A stretch of DNA of 64,000 nt, taken from positions 96,001-160,000 of the forward strand of contig OY762209.1 of NCBI GenBank assembly GCA_963665295.1. Direction: 5' to 3'. This document shows positions 1 through 9,269 of this stretch, piece by piece. The translations under genes and the position numbers were made by a program. Below the pieces are notes generated by a model. The model saw only the letters and a program-made list of their open reading frames with translations, was not told the DNA's origin and ran no database searches. The number at the start of each line of letters is the position of its first letter. Positions within the stretch are counted from its first letter, which is position 1. The stretch comes from Syntrophorhabdaceae bacterium (GTDB lineage Bacteria; Desulfobacterota; Syntrophorhabdia; Syntrophorhabdales; Syntrophorhabdaceae).

Positions 1-2
1 GG

Positions 3-524
3 ATCATATGCGCGACAAACCGGGACCTCGAAATAATGGTCAAGGAGGGGCACTTTCGCCAGGACCTGTTCTTCAGGGTAAACGTGTTCCCCATATGGAT
101 ACCGCCCACCAGACAGCGCAGGGAAGATATCCCGCTCCTTGTAAGGGAGTTCATCTCCCTCAAGGCAGCGGACATGGGGCGGCGCCCCGTGCCCTCCATA
201 AGCGATCACGATATGCAACTCCTCGTCAACTACGACTGGCCCGGCAATGTCAGGGAGCTGCAGAATATCATCGAACGGGCCCTGATCCTGAGCAGGAACG
301 GCATCATCGAGATTGCGCCGTTGCTCTTTCCCTCCAGGGACAACAAGACGACCCATTCCAGGGAAGAAGGGTTCATGAGGCTCGATGAGTGCATGAGTTC
401 CAATATACTCTCTGCGCTGAAACAGGCAAAGGGTCGGATAAACGGGCCTGCGGGCGCCGCCGAACTGCTCGGGATAAACCCCAGCACATTGCGTAACAGG
501 ATGAAGAAGCTAGGATTGAAGTAG
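3..524 (+). CDS. sigma54-dependent transcriptional activator, C-terminal part (5' truncated by the window edge)
   Basis: Frame is open from base 3: IICATNRDLE, FRQDLFFRVNVFPI, YDWPGNVRELQN, and Fis-type HTH GAAELLGINPSTLRNRMKKLG. Confidence 0.93.
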   Translation: MICATNRDLEIMVKEGHFRQDLFFRVNVFPIWIPPTRQRREDIPLLVREFISLKAADMGRRPVPSISDHDMQLLVNYDWPGNVRELQNIIERALILSRNGIIEIAPLLFPSRDNKTTHSREEGFMRLDECMSSNILSALKQAKGRINGPAGAAELLGINPSTLRNRMKKLGLK

Positions 525-591
525 CTTCTTTTTTCCGCGTCGGATCGCGAAAGGGCGCCTTGATTCCGCGCCCCGCCGTGACTCCTCTCTA

Positions 592-2970
592 CTACTTCCC
601 GGCAGCCTCCGCTGCTTTCTTCTCCTTCATGGCGCGCCATACCTTTTCAGGGGTAAGGGGCAGGTCGTGGAATTTGATGCCCGTGGCCCTGTTGACCGCA
701 TTGACAATAGCCGGCCCCACGGGGGCCGTAGTCCCCTCGCCCGCTTCCTTGGCTCCGAAGGGACCTTCGTCATCGGGATCGCCGCACAGGATGGTTTGAA
801 TCTTCGGCATATCGAGGGCCGTAGGGAAGCGGTAGTCACGAAAGCCCGGATTGAGCATCCTGCCTTTGTCGTCGAATTGGGCTTCCTCAAACAGGATGAA
901 GCCGAAGCCCATCTGGACCGAGCCCTCTACCTGGCCTTCCACCGCCCTTACGTTCAACGGACGGCCACAGTCGTGGGCGAAAATGAAATCCGAGACCTCG
1001 ATGCAGCCCGTCTCATCGTCCACCTCGACCCTTGCCGCGCCGGTACTGAAGCTGTAGGCCGTGGCATAGTTGCCCATATTCGTTCTGTATATCTCCTGGG
1101 TGCCGTCATGGGCAAAAGAACCGACTCCCACGACAGACTTGCCGAAATGCTTTTCCTCGTACATCCAGATCGCGTCGTTGTACGATATATCCTTTTCGGG
1201 ATCACCCTTCTTGAATACCCGGTGGTCCTTCATGGTGATATCTTCGGGCTTGCAGCCCCATTTCTCCGCAATGACCTCGAAGAGTCTGAGCTTCGCCTCG
1301 CCCACGGCCCTGCGGGCTGCGTTGCCCGCGAGAAAGGTTACGCGGCTTCCGTACGAACCCGAATCCCAGGGGGTGAGGGTCGTGTCCGACTGAACGAGCT
1401 TGACTTCATCCATCCTGAGACCCAGTTCCTCGGCGACGATCATGGTCATCACCGTGTCGGAGCCCTGACCGATCTCGTTTGCGCCCGTAAAAACGGTGGC
1501 GTAGCCCTCGCGATTGAGACGGACGGTCGTGCTGTTGGAGGTGTCTGCAGGCGTGACGAGTATGGGGAAGCCTGTGCCGGAAACGAAGCCGCTCCCCCCG
1601 ATGCCGACGCCCTCGCCGGGTTTGAGATTGTTCTTCCGTTCCTCCCAATGGATAGCTTCGGCCGCCTTATCGAGGGTCTCCGTAAAGGCGCAGCTTGTGA
1701 CCTGGAGTCCCGTCGGGGTCAGATACCCGGGGTCGCAGGCGTTGATGCGGCGCAGTTCGACGGGGTCGATGCCGAGTTCCCCGGCGACCTCGTCCATGTG
1801 GACGTCGTGTGCGAAGTGAACCTGACAGGAGGAATATCCGCGCATGGCCCCCGACGCGGGCTTATTCGTGTATGGACGCATGGCTGTCATGTCGATGTTG
1901 GGCACCTTGTAGGGCAGGGAGGCAAAGATGAGAGAGAGGATATTCGCCGCAATACCTGAGCCTCCGTACGCTCCGCCGTCAAGGACATGCCTGCAGCGCT
2001 TGGCGAGCATGGTGCCGTCCTTCTTGAAAGCGCTCTCGATCTCGAACAGGATCGGGTGACGCGACCGTGTCCCGTAGAAGACCTCCTCCCGGGTGAGGAC
2101 AACCTTGACGGGACGACCCGTTTTTATGGCCATCAGGGAGGAGCACAACTCGTAGGGACAGGAGTCTATCTTGCCGCCAAAGCCGCCGCCCACATATGGC
2201 TTGATGACCCTGACCCGGCTCATGGGAAGTCCGAGGCCGTAAGCGATCCAAAAACGGGCGACGTACGCGTTCTGGGTGGTGGTCCAGACCGTGAGTTCGT
2301 CGTTTTCCCACTTGGCGAGGGTGCCGTGAGGCTCGATGGCGCAGTGCATCACGGGTTGCGTGGAGTAATGAACCTTGTCGGTATAATCCGCCTCGGCAAA
2401 GGCCTTGTCGCAGTCGCCCGCCTTCATCTCGGTAAACATGCTGAAGTTGTGCGAGCCGGGATGGTGTACCGCGGGAGCGTCGTCCTTCATGGCGTCAATG
2501 GGATCGAGGACAAAGGGGAGTTCCTCGTACACGACCTCGATGAGGTCGATGGCTTCCTGGGCCGTCTCCTCGTCCACAGCCGCCACAGCCGCCACTTCGT
2601 CGCCCACGAATCTGACCTCCTCCGTGCAAAGACATTCCTTATCCGCAAGCTCTTTGAACGCCTCAGGATTGCCGATCTTGATTCCGGGAAAGTCCTTCCC
2701 TGTAATGACGCACTTTACTCCCGGCAGCGCCTCGGCCTTCGAAGTGTCGATGCTTATGATCTTTGCATGGGCGTAGGGGCTCCGTTTGAGCTTTCCGTAA
2801 AGCATGCCCGGAAGGATCACGTCGTCCGTGTATTTGGCCCTACCCGTGACCTTGTCCTCCGCGTCCACGCGGTGGTACGTCTTGCCTACAAGTTCGTAGT
2901 CCTCGGGCTTTTTATAGATCTTTTTCAGATGGTCGTAGTATTTCCAGTTTTCAGATCTTTCTTTCGCCAT
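592..2970 (-). CDS. xanthine oxidase family molybdopterin-binding subunit (4-hydroxybenzoyl-CoA reductase alpha/HcrA-like)
   Basis: KVTGRAKYTDD, GGGFGGK, AMRGY, GQGSDT, GSYGSRVT, GPFGAKEAGEG motifs; 792 aa. Confidence 0.9.
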   Translation of the reverse strand: MAKERSENWKYYDHLKKIYKKPEDYELVGKTYHRVDAEDKVTGRAKYTDDVILPGMLYGKLKRSPYAHAKIISIDTSKAEALPGVKCVITGKDFPGIKIGNPEAFKELADKECLCTEEVRFVGDEVAAVAAVDEETAQEAIDLIEVVYEELPFVLDPIDAMKDDAPAVHHPGSHNFSMFTEMKAGDCDKAFAEADYTDKVHYSTQPVMHCAIEPHGTLAKWENDELTVWTTTQNAYVARFWIAYGLGLPMSRVRVIKPYVGGGFGGKIDSCPYELCSSLMAIKTGRPVKVVLTREEVFYGTRSRHPILFEIESAFKKDGTMLAKRCRHVLDGGAYGGSGIAANILSLIFASLPYKVPNIDMTAMRPYTNKPASGAMRGYSSCQVHFAHDVHMDEVAGELGIDPVELRRINACDPGYLTPTGLQVTSCAFTETLDKAAEAIHWEERKNNLKPGEGVGIGGSGFVSGTGFPILVTPADTSNSTTVRLNREGYATVFTGANEIGQGSDTVMTMIVAEELGLRMDEVKLVQSDTTLTPWDSGSYGSRVTFLAGNAARRAVGEAKLRLFEVIAEKWGCKPEDITMKDHRVFKKGDPEKDISYNDAIWMYEEKHFGKSVVGVGSFAHDGTQEIYRTNMGNYATAYSFSTGAARVEVDDETGCIEVSDFIFAHDCGRPLNVRAVEGQVEGSVQMGFGFILFEEAQFDDKGRMLNPGFRDYRFPTALDMPKIQTILCGDPDDEGPFGAKEAGEGTTAPVGPAIVNAVNRATGIKFHDLPLTPEKVWRAMKEKKAAEAAGK

Positions 2971-2972
2971 TG

Positions 2973-3443
2973 TTATGCTTCCCTCAGTACTTCCGCGGCA
3001 GCGGAGATCGCTTCAACTATCTTGGCGTAGCCGGTGCAACGGCAGAGATTTCCTGCTATGGCATCTCTGATCTCATACTCCGTGGGGCTCGGATTCGCAT
3101 CGAGCAGGGCCATGGCGGACATAATCATGCCGGGGGTACAGAAGCCGCACTGTAGCGCCCACTTTTCGATAAACGCCTTTTGTACCGGGTTAAGGCGGCC
3201 CTTCTTTGCCACACCCTCGATGGTCTTCACTTCCTGACCGTCCGCCTCAACAGCGAGCATAAGGCAGGAATTTATGGGCGTGCCGTTCAAGAGTATGGTA
3301 CAGGCGCCGCACTCGCCTTCCTCGCAGCCTTTCTTGGTGCCGGTCAGTCCCATATTGTTGCGCAGGAAGTCCAGCATGGTACGGTTGTCCTGTATTAAAG
3401 CCTCGACCGGTTCGTCATTAAGTTTCAGGTGAATAATGCGCAT
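2973..3443 (-). CDS. 2x[2Fe-2S] small subunit (CoxS/HcrC-like)
   Basis: GTKKGCEEGECGACT, QCGFCTPG and GNLCRCTGY cysteine motifs. Confidence 0.95.
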   Translation of the reverse strand: MRIIHLKLNDEPVEALIQDNRTMLDFLRNNMGLTGTKKGCEEGECGACTILLNGTPINSCLMLAVEADGQEVKTIEGVAKKGRLNPVQKAFIEKWALQCGFCTPGMIMSAMALLDANPSPTEYEIRDAIAGNLCRCTGYAKIVEAISAAAEVLREA

Positions 3444-3532
3444 TCTGTTTCTCCTTTTTCTATGCTTTGTTACGTGCCCCGCGGCTTCATAACCCCGGAA
3501 GCTGTTTCACGACGGTACACATTCCTCGCGTC

Positions 3533-4429
3533 TTACCCGTTCCGGTTCGCCGTGGGGCAAATCGCTTCGAGCGCTTTCCTGATCGAACGCTTCGTAAAGA
3601 CCCTGATCATATCCCTTCGGTAATCAGCCGAAGCCCGCACGTCGGAGATGGGCGAGCATTCCTCGGAAGCGGCGACCCCTGCCTGCCCGATAATCGCATC
3701 CGTCAACTCCCGGCCGGCAAGCACCTTCTCCGCGCCGGTTGCACGGATAGGCGTTACGGCGACCCCGTTCAGCGCAATGCGGCAATCGAGGCACTTGTTT
3801 CCCTCCATCCTGAGCCATGAGGCCACACCGACGATACCGATGTCCATCGCCTTCCTCACCGCATGTTTGATGTAGGCGGCACATTCGCCCGCCCCCGGCT
3901 CGGGAATGGTGATCTCCGTGACGATCTCGCCCTTGGTGAGGGTTGTCTTTCTTACATCCTTGAAGAATTCGCCCATGGAGATCGTGCGTCCCTTATCGGG
4001 TGAGGTGCGGAAGGTTTTTACCGAAGCGTTGAGCACAAGAAGAATCGGCGCCGTATCCGCGCACGGCGACGCGTTGCAGATGTTGCCCGCCATTGTCGCC
4101 CTGCCGCGCACCTGCGTTGAACCCACGAAATGGGCGGCATCGGCCACGGCGCTGAACTTCTCTTTCACCATTTTGGATGTTTCAATAGTGCGGAGCTTGG
4201 TGAGAGCGCCGATCTTGAGCCCCTCTCCCGGGATATACTCCAACCGGTCCATGCCGGGGATGCGTTTGATGTCGAGGATATACTCGGGTTTGAGCAGGCG
4301 ACTATTCATTAAGGCTACTATGTCGGTACCGCCCGCTAAGACAATGCATTTGTCGCCCAGCTCCGAGGCCAGGTTGCCTGCCTCTTCAATGCTGTGAGCA
4401 GCGACATAATCGAACTTGGGTAGAGCCAT
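3533..4429 (-). CDS. FAD-binding medium subunit (CoxM/HcrB-like, no [4Fe-4S] insertion)
   Basis: LAGGTD, IGALT, RATMAGNICNASPCAD, PISDVRASADYR; RBS GAGGAGG upstream. Confidence 0.93.
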   Translation of the reverse strand: MALPKFDYVAAHSIEEAGNLASELGDKCIVLAGGTDIVALMNSRLLKPEYILDIKRIPGMDRLEYIPGEGLKIGALTKLRTIETSKMVKEKFSAVADAAHFVGSTQVRGRATMAGNICNASPCADTAPILLVLNASVKTFRTSPDKGRTISMGEFFKDVRKTTLTKGEIVTEITIPEPGAGECAAYIKHAVRKAMDIGIVGVASWLRMEGNKCLDCRIALNGVAVTPIRATGAEKVLAGRELTDAIIGQAGVAASEECSPISDVRASADYRRDMIRVFTKRSIRKALEAICPTANRNG

Positions 4430-4542
4430 AAAGAAACCTCCTCAGTGCGTGTTGATAAATTTTTGGTCCGGGCACACCTCCGTCCCGGTTACAGCCCTCT
4501 TTCCGGCCGTCACGCGGCATGTGCCGTCTGCCACCGACAAAA

Positions 4543-4557
4543 GCAAAAAGCGTGCCG
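4543..4557 (-). promoter_or_regulatory. sigma54 -24/-12 promoter of the molybdoenzyme operon
   Basis: Minus strand CGGCACGCTTTTTGC, about 115 bp upstream of the 4429 start. Confidence 0.8.
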
Positions 4558-4686
4558 GTCGCTGCAAAACAGGGTGTTCCGCGATCCCGGACGAAGCCTT
4601 CATGATCGCCCAAACCAAACCGGGCCTTGCGAATCTGTTCGCGCAGCCCGGAGGGAGGCCGCCCGTGAAGGGGGAACAATTGGTCT

Positions 4687-4747
4687 TCGAAGTTACCGTA
4701 TTTGGAGACTTCGACCATAAACCGGTCTCCAAATACGGTAACTTCGA
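4687..4747. repeat. perfect 23-bp inverted repeat with 15-bp spacer, probable tandem enhancer (UAS)
   Basis: TCGAAGTTACCGTATTTGGAGAC (4687-4709) / GTCTCCAAATACGGTAACTTCGA (4725-4747). Confidence 0.85.
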
Positions 4748-4865
4748 GGGTCGTTATACAGCCCGGATCATAGCTATTGGGCGGAACGAAGACCACCTGC
4801 AGGAACGGAGGTAAAACCCGCACAGCACACGATTTCCATCTGAATGATGCCGCTTCTCTATTAAA

Positions 4866-4877
4866 TTCAAATTTGAA
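4866..4877. promoter_or_regulatory. palindrome TTCAAATTTGAA, candidate TetR operator
   Basis: Perfect 12-bp palindrome in an AT-rich patch about 70 bp upstream of the TetR gene. Confidence 0.5.
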
Positions 4878-4946
4878 CTTTAAATTCTAACTTTGACTTG
4901 ACAGTCCCTGATTCGGGGTGCTAAGCCATATGGAGGGGACGGAAAA

Positions 4947-5624
4947 GTGATAGAGGAGAAGAACAAATTGACCAACCAGGATATCTTCAGTTCCACCGAC
5001 CGCGGAACCCGCGGCCGCCTCCTCGAAGCAGCGGGCGTCGTTTTCTCCGACAAGGGCTTCGAAGGGGCCACGGCCAAGGAGATATGCGACCTTGCCGGGA
5101 CCAACACCGCCGCAGTCAATTACTACTTCGGCGGTAAGGAGCATTTGTATGTTGAAGTGCTGCGCGAGGCCCACAACCGTACGGTCAGCTTCGGAATGCT
5201 CAAGGTCCTCGCCGAAGGCGCCCGCGCATCCCGACAGAATCTGGAGGAGTTCTTCGTCCGCCTCCTTCATTCGATGCTCGACAACTCTCCCCACAATTGG
5301 GCCGCCAGGATTATGATGCGTGAGATGACGTCCCGCACGGATGCTTTCACCGAACTCCTCGAACTCCAGGTCCTGCCTACCGAAAGGCTTTTCAGAAGTG
5401 TCATTTCAAGGTTCATGGGCCTGCCGGTGGACCACGAGGCCGTAATCCGGGGGACCCTGAGCACGGTATCTCAATTCTTGTTCATTTTGCAGAACAGGGA
5501 GGTCGTCGAACTGGTCAGCCCCGAACTTGATTTCAGGGGTGAAGGTATCGACAGAATGGCGCGGCATATCTGGCGTTTCACCAGCGCGGGGCTTCGAGCC
5601 CTTGCGAATGAAGCGAAGAAGTAA
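4947..5624 (+). CDS. TetR/AcrR family regulator (CerR/DUF1956-like C-terminus)
   Basis: TRGRLLEAAGVVFSDKGFEGATAKEICDLAGTNTAAVNYYFGGKEHLY HTH. Confidence 0.9.
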   Translation: MIEEKNKLTNQDIFSSTDRGTRGRLLEAAGVVFSDKGFEGATAKEICDLAGTNTAAVNYYFGGKEHLYVEVLREAHNRTVSFGMLKVLAEGARASRQNLEEFFVRLLHSMLDNSPHNWAARIMMREMTSRTDAFTELLELQVLPTERLFRSVISRFMGLPVDHEAVIRGTLSTVSQFLFILQNREVVELVSPELDFRGEGIDRMARHIWRFTSAGLRALANEAKK

Positions 5625-5638
5625 GGGTTGCAAACCGC

Positions 5639-5857
5639 ATGCTGTATTCACGATCAAGGGAGGGTGTTTCAACGACTGAGCGCGTTGCTGTCTCTATTAA
5701 CGGCGTCGATCGCAGTTTCGTGGTCACAGACGGTGAAGGGTGCGTTCCACCGTCCGAAACCCTGCCGCACACGCTCCGGAACAGGCTGGGCCTGACCCCG
5801 ACAAAGCGGGGATACCGGCCTTGCCGTGAGGGAAGCGTCCTTCGTGGGACAGAATGA
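5639..5857 (+). pseudogene. N-terminal relic of a (2Fe-2S) subunit of a xanthine oxidase family enzyme
   Basis: VSINGVDRSF...ETLPHTLRNRLGLTPTKRG parallels the CoxS start, but the CxxGxCGxC motif and the rest of the protein are missing. Confidence 0.6.
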
Positions 5858-5959
5858 ATACAAACTGCATGACATGAAACAAGCGTTCCTGCGCGCATCG
5901 CAGCGACAACCGGGGAAACGGTTCGCCGTTTTCTATGGTAATCCGAAAAAGAGGAGTAT

Positions 5960-6415
5960 ATGACCCCCATGAAAACCATCGCGCTCCGACCGCACCACCT
6001 GTTGTGCCTGAGATTTCGTATCGTAGTCTTCCCCGACCGTTCGGGTAAATTCCCGGAGACCGAGAAGATGGTTATGGACGCTATCCGGGCGGAAAGCGCG
6101 GTCATGATCCACGTTGCCGAGGGCGTGGATGGCCTCTGCCGGGCCTGCCCGAACTGTGGGGCCGACCGCTGCGACGACCTGAAGGGTAATGAGGAAGTCA
6201 TCAGGGAAAGAGACGCCCTTATCTTGAAAGGCCTGGGGATATCGTACGGCACTGCCATGACGTCGGGGGAGTGGAGTGACCTGATAGCCGGAAAGGTACC
6301 TATGGAATTCTGCCTCACCCTGTGCCCGGCAAGGGCCGAATGCGTCGTGACCCGGGAAAAGGCCCCTCGTCCAGTACCTCTCTCACCTTCAGCAGGAGGT
6401 CGTTCGGCAGGATAG
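5960..6415 (+). CDS. DUF1284-like Cys/His metal-binding protein
   Basis: LRPHHLLC, DGLCRACP, RD..IL..LG and CxxxCPxxxxC motifs; RBS GAGGAG. Confidence 0.75.
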   Translation: MTPMKTIALRPHHLLCLRFRIVVFPDRSGKFPETEKMVMDAIRAESAVMIHVAEGVDGLCRACPNCGADRCDDLKGNEEVIRERDALILKGLGISYGTAMTSGEWSDLIAGKVPMEFCLTLCPARAECVVTREKAPRPVPLSPSAGGRSAG

Positions 6416-8819
6416 GTTTTGAGATAAAGTGAAATTTCCTGTCTTCGATGCCTTTATCGAGGATCACATCTCTTGTGTAGCCACTGGTAAAGAGCACCTT
6501 GATAGACGGCCTGATGCTGCTTATCGCGTCATAGGCTTCCCGGCCGTTCTTTATGGGCATCACGGAGTCAAGGATAAGGATGTCTATCTTGTCTGTTGCC
6601 TTGAACCGTTCTATGGCCTCCGCTCCGTTGGTCGCTTCAATAATGGTATACCCGTACCGGCTCAATACGTCCCTTATAAGCCCCCGGACCGCCTCATTGT
6701 CTTCCGCCACCAGGATGGTTTCATTGCCCCTTTGAACCGGCGCCGTAGTCGATTTCGCCTCGGTCACTTTGTCGCTCACCACAGGGAGGTAGATATGGAA
6801 GGTCGTCCCTCTGCCCGGTTCGCTGTACACGGTAACATAGCCGTTATGTTGCTTGACGATACCGTAGACTGTGGAAAGACCGAGACCCGTTCCTTTCCCC
6901 GCTTCCTTGGTGGTGAAGAAGGGGTCGAATATCTTTTCCGTAGTCGGCCCGTCCATGCCCGTGCCCGTGTCGGAGATGGAGAGAAGGACATATCTGCCGG
7001 GCTCGCCGTAACCGTGAAAGTGTTTGAACTTTTCATCCAGTTCCAACGTTTTTGTCTCTATGGTAAAGACTCCGCCCCGAGGCATCGCATCCCCGGCGTT
7101 GGCGGCAAGATTGAAGAGAATCTGGTCGATCTGTGTTGCGTCGGCCATAATCGTGATGTCCTCCGGGTAGAGATGTGTCTTTACGAGTATATCCTCGGTA
7201 AGGAGTTGCTTGAGAAGTTTCTTCGTTCCCCTGATAACGCCGTGTATGTTGATCGGCTTGAGGTCCATGGCTTGCCGTCTGCTGAACCCTGAAAGACTCC
7301 GGACGAGGTCTCTCGCTTTTTGAGAAGCCGATAGGACATGATCCACGTATATCAGCGTGGTTGGGTCATTGGTTTTCGTTTTGAGGAGCCCCGCATATCC
7401 CAGAAGGGCCGTAAGGATGTTGTTGAAGTCATGGGCAATGCCGCCGGTGAGGGTGCCTATGGCCTCCATCTTCTGGGCCTGACGCAGTTGGGATTCGAGA
7501 TGCTTGAACCCGGTCTTGTCAAACAAAGACTCTATGGCACCCACCATGTTTCCTTTCTTGTCGAACAACGGTGCAGCGTGGCCGGCCAGGAAGGCGCCCC
7601 TCCCGTTATACGCGGCGGGTACAAACGCTTCACCGTAGAGTCTGTCCCCGTTTCTTCGTATCGATTGATACTCTTGCGATAACTCGTCGGAATCCATTGT
7701 CACGTAGTCGATCAATAAGGGCCTTCTTACGCCATAGAAAGGAACAGCGTAGGCAAAGTCACCCTTACCGATAATCCCTTCCTTTCCGACCCCCGTCATC
7801 TCCTCGCAGGCACGGTTCCAGGCTACCACCTTCTTTTCCTTGTCGATGACGAAGGTGGCGTCAGGCAAAAACTCTATTATGTCGAAAAGCCGTTGATGGG
7901 TGGCGCGAAGGTCCTCTTCAGCCCGTTTGCGTTCCGTAATATCCCTGCACACCGTATACATAATCTGCTTTCCCCTTATGGGTATTACGGTGAGGGAGGT
8001 GTCGATCCAGAGGTCTTCTCCGTCGAGGGTACGCCGCACCCATTCGAAACGATTCACCCCTTCCTTGAGCGCCACATCGATCAGTTCCCGTGCCTTCTCC
8101 GACGAAAGACGGCCGTCGGGTTGCCGTTTTGGCGCGAGATCGAAGGGGCGCAGTCCGATAAGTTGCTCCTTGGCGCATCGCAGGAGCTTAAGCGCGGCTT
8201 CGTTGCAGTCTATGAATACGACCCCGTCAAGCAACAGTATGGGGTCAGACGACTTCTCAAAGAGGAGCCTGAACTTTTCCTCGCTTTCCTGGAGGGCGTT
8301 CTCTGCGTGCCTGCGCTCTTCAATCTCTGCCTTTAACGCCCTGTTTGCCTGCGCCAGCTCCGCAGTCCTCTCATTCACCCGCCTTTCCAGTTCCTCGTGC
8401 GCCTTCCGAAGCGCCTGATCGGCCGCCTTCCGGGCGATGCGGGTCTCAGCCTCCCGCAATTCCCTGCTGATCGCGGGGACAAGCCTTGCAAGATTGCTCT
8501 TGCAGATGTAGTCGTGGGCGCCCGCTATCATGGCCTCAACCCCCACATCATCGCCGATGGTGCCGGAAACCAGAATAAAGGGTATCTCCATGTTCCGTTC
8601 CCGGTAAAGGTTGAGCGCCGCCCTGCCGCTGAAATGGGGCATGGTATAGTCGGCGATGATAAGGTCCGGGGCCTCCCTGTTCAGGGCGGAGATCATGGCT
8701 TCCGGGGACTCGACCCGCTCAAACACCGGCTTGTAGCCGCCGCGCTTGAGCTCATGAACCATGAGCAGGGTATCATCCTCGGAATCTTCGACGATCAGGA
8801 TGCGAAGGGGTCTCCCCAC
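6315..8819 (-). CDS. hybrid sensor kinase (REC-PAS-PAS-HisKA-HATPase-REC)
   Basis: N-terminal receiver ILIVEDSEDD, GGIAHDFNNIL H-box, DTGTGM, FDPFFTTK, GTGLGL, C-terminal receiver. Confidence 0.95.
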   Translation of the reverse strand: MGRPLRILIVEDSEDDTLLMVHELKRGGYKPVFERVESPEAMISALNREAPDLIIADYTMPHFSGRAALNLYRERNMEIPFILVSGTIGDDVGVEAMIAGAHDYICKSNLARLVPAISRELREAETRIARKAADQALRKAHEELERRVNERTAELAQANRALKAEIEERRHAENALQESEEKFRLLFEKSSDPILLLDGVVFIDCNEAALKLLRCAKEQLIGLRPFDLAPKRQPDGRLSSEKARELIDVALKEGVNRFEWVRRTLDGEDLWIDTSLTVIPIRGKQIMYTVCRDITERKRAEEDLRATHQRLFDIIEFLPDATFVIDKEKKVVAWNRACEEMTGVGKEGIIGKGDFAYAVPFYGVRRPLLIDYVTMDSDELSQEYQSIRRNGDRLYGEAFVPAAYNGRGAFLAGHAAPLFDKKGNMVGAIESLFDKTGFKHLESQLRQAQKMEAIGTLTGGIAHDFNNILTALLGYAGLLKTKTNDPTTLIYVDHVLSASQKARDLVRSLSGFSRRQAMDLKPINIHGVIRGTKKLLKQLLTEDILVKTHLYPEDITIMADATQIDQILFNLAANAGDAMPRGGVFTIETKTLELDEKFKHFHGYGEPGRYVLLSISDTGTGMDGPTTEKIFDPFFTTKEAGKGTGLGLSTVYGIVKQHNGYVTVYSEPGRGTTFHIYLPVVSDKVTEAKSTTAPVQRGNETILVAEDNEAVRGLIRDVLSRYGYTIIEATNGAEAIERFKATDKIDILILDSVMPIKNGREAYDAISSIRPSIKVLFTSGYTRDVILDKGIEDRKFHFISKPILPNDLLLKVREVLDEGPFPGSRRIRPLPGTG

Positions 8820-8822
8820 GGC

Positions 8823-9269
8823 CTAGTTACCTCCGCCGGGAGGGGGTTCATTCAGGACGAGCCAGTAGAGGCCAAGTTGCCTGACCGCTTCGATGAAGTT
8901 GTTGAAATCTACGGGCTTGCGGATGTAACTGTTTGCGCCGAAACGGTAGCCGTCGATGAGGTCCTGCTCTTCGCCGGACGTGGTAAGGATGACCACGGGG
9001 ACCAGTCTCGTCCGTTCATCCAGACGCAGCCTCTGCAGCACCTCGATGCCGCTTATCTTGGGCAGTTTGAGGTCAAGGAGGATGAGCACCGGCAGCACAG
9101 TCGCATCCCGGCCTTCAAAGGGGCCCGTGCCGAAGAGGTAATCAAGGGCTTCGGCACCGTCGCGGGCGATGGTTACGTCGTTCGTGATGCCATTCTTCTT
9201 TAAAGCCCGGAGTGTAAGGGTTATATCATTTTGATTGTCTTCAACGAGAAGAATAGTCTTTTCCTTCAT
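8823..9269 (-). CDS. single-domain response regulator (Rcp1-like)
   Basis: [28 protein letters not shown]. Confidence 0.95.
   Translation of the reverse strand: MKEKTILLVEDNQNDITLTLRALKKNGITNDVTIARDGAEALDYLFGTGPFEGRDATVLPVLILLDLKLPKISGIEVLQRLRLDERTRLVPVVILTTSGEEQDLIDGYRFGANSYIRKPVDFNNFIEAVRQLGLYWLVLNEPPPGGGN

Noticed and set aside
667..3030. Long plus-strand ORFs (430 and 347 aa), and similar ones at 15294, 25144, 27082, 32154, 41447, 50322 and 57999
   Set aside because: Antisense shadows of well-supported genes in GC-rich DNA; no motifs
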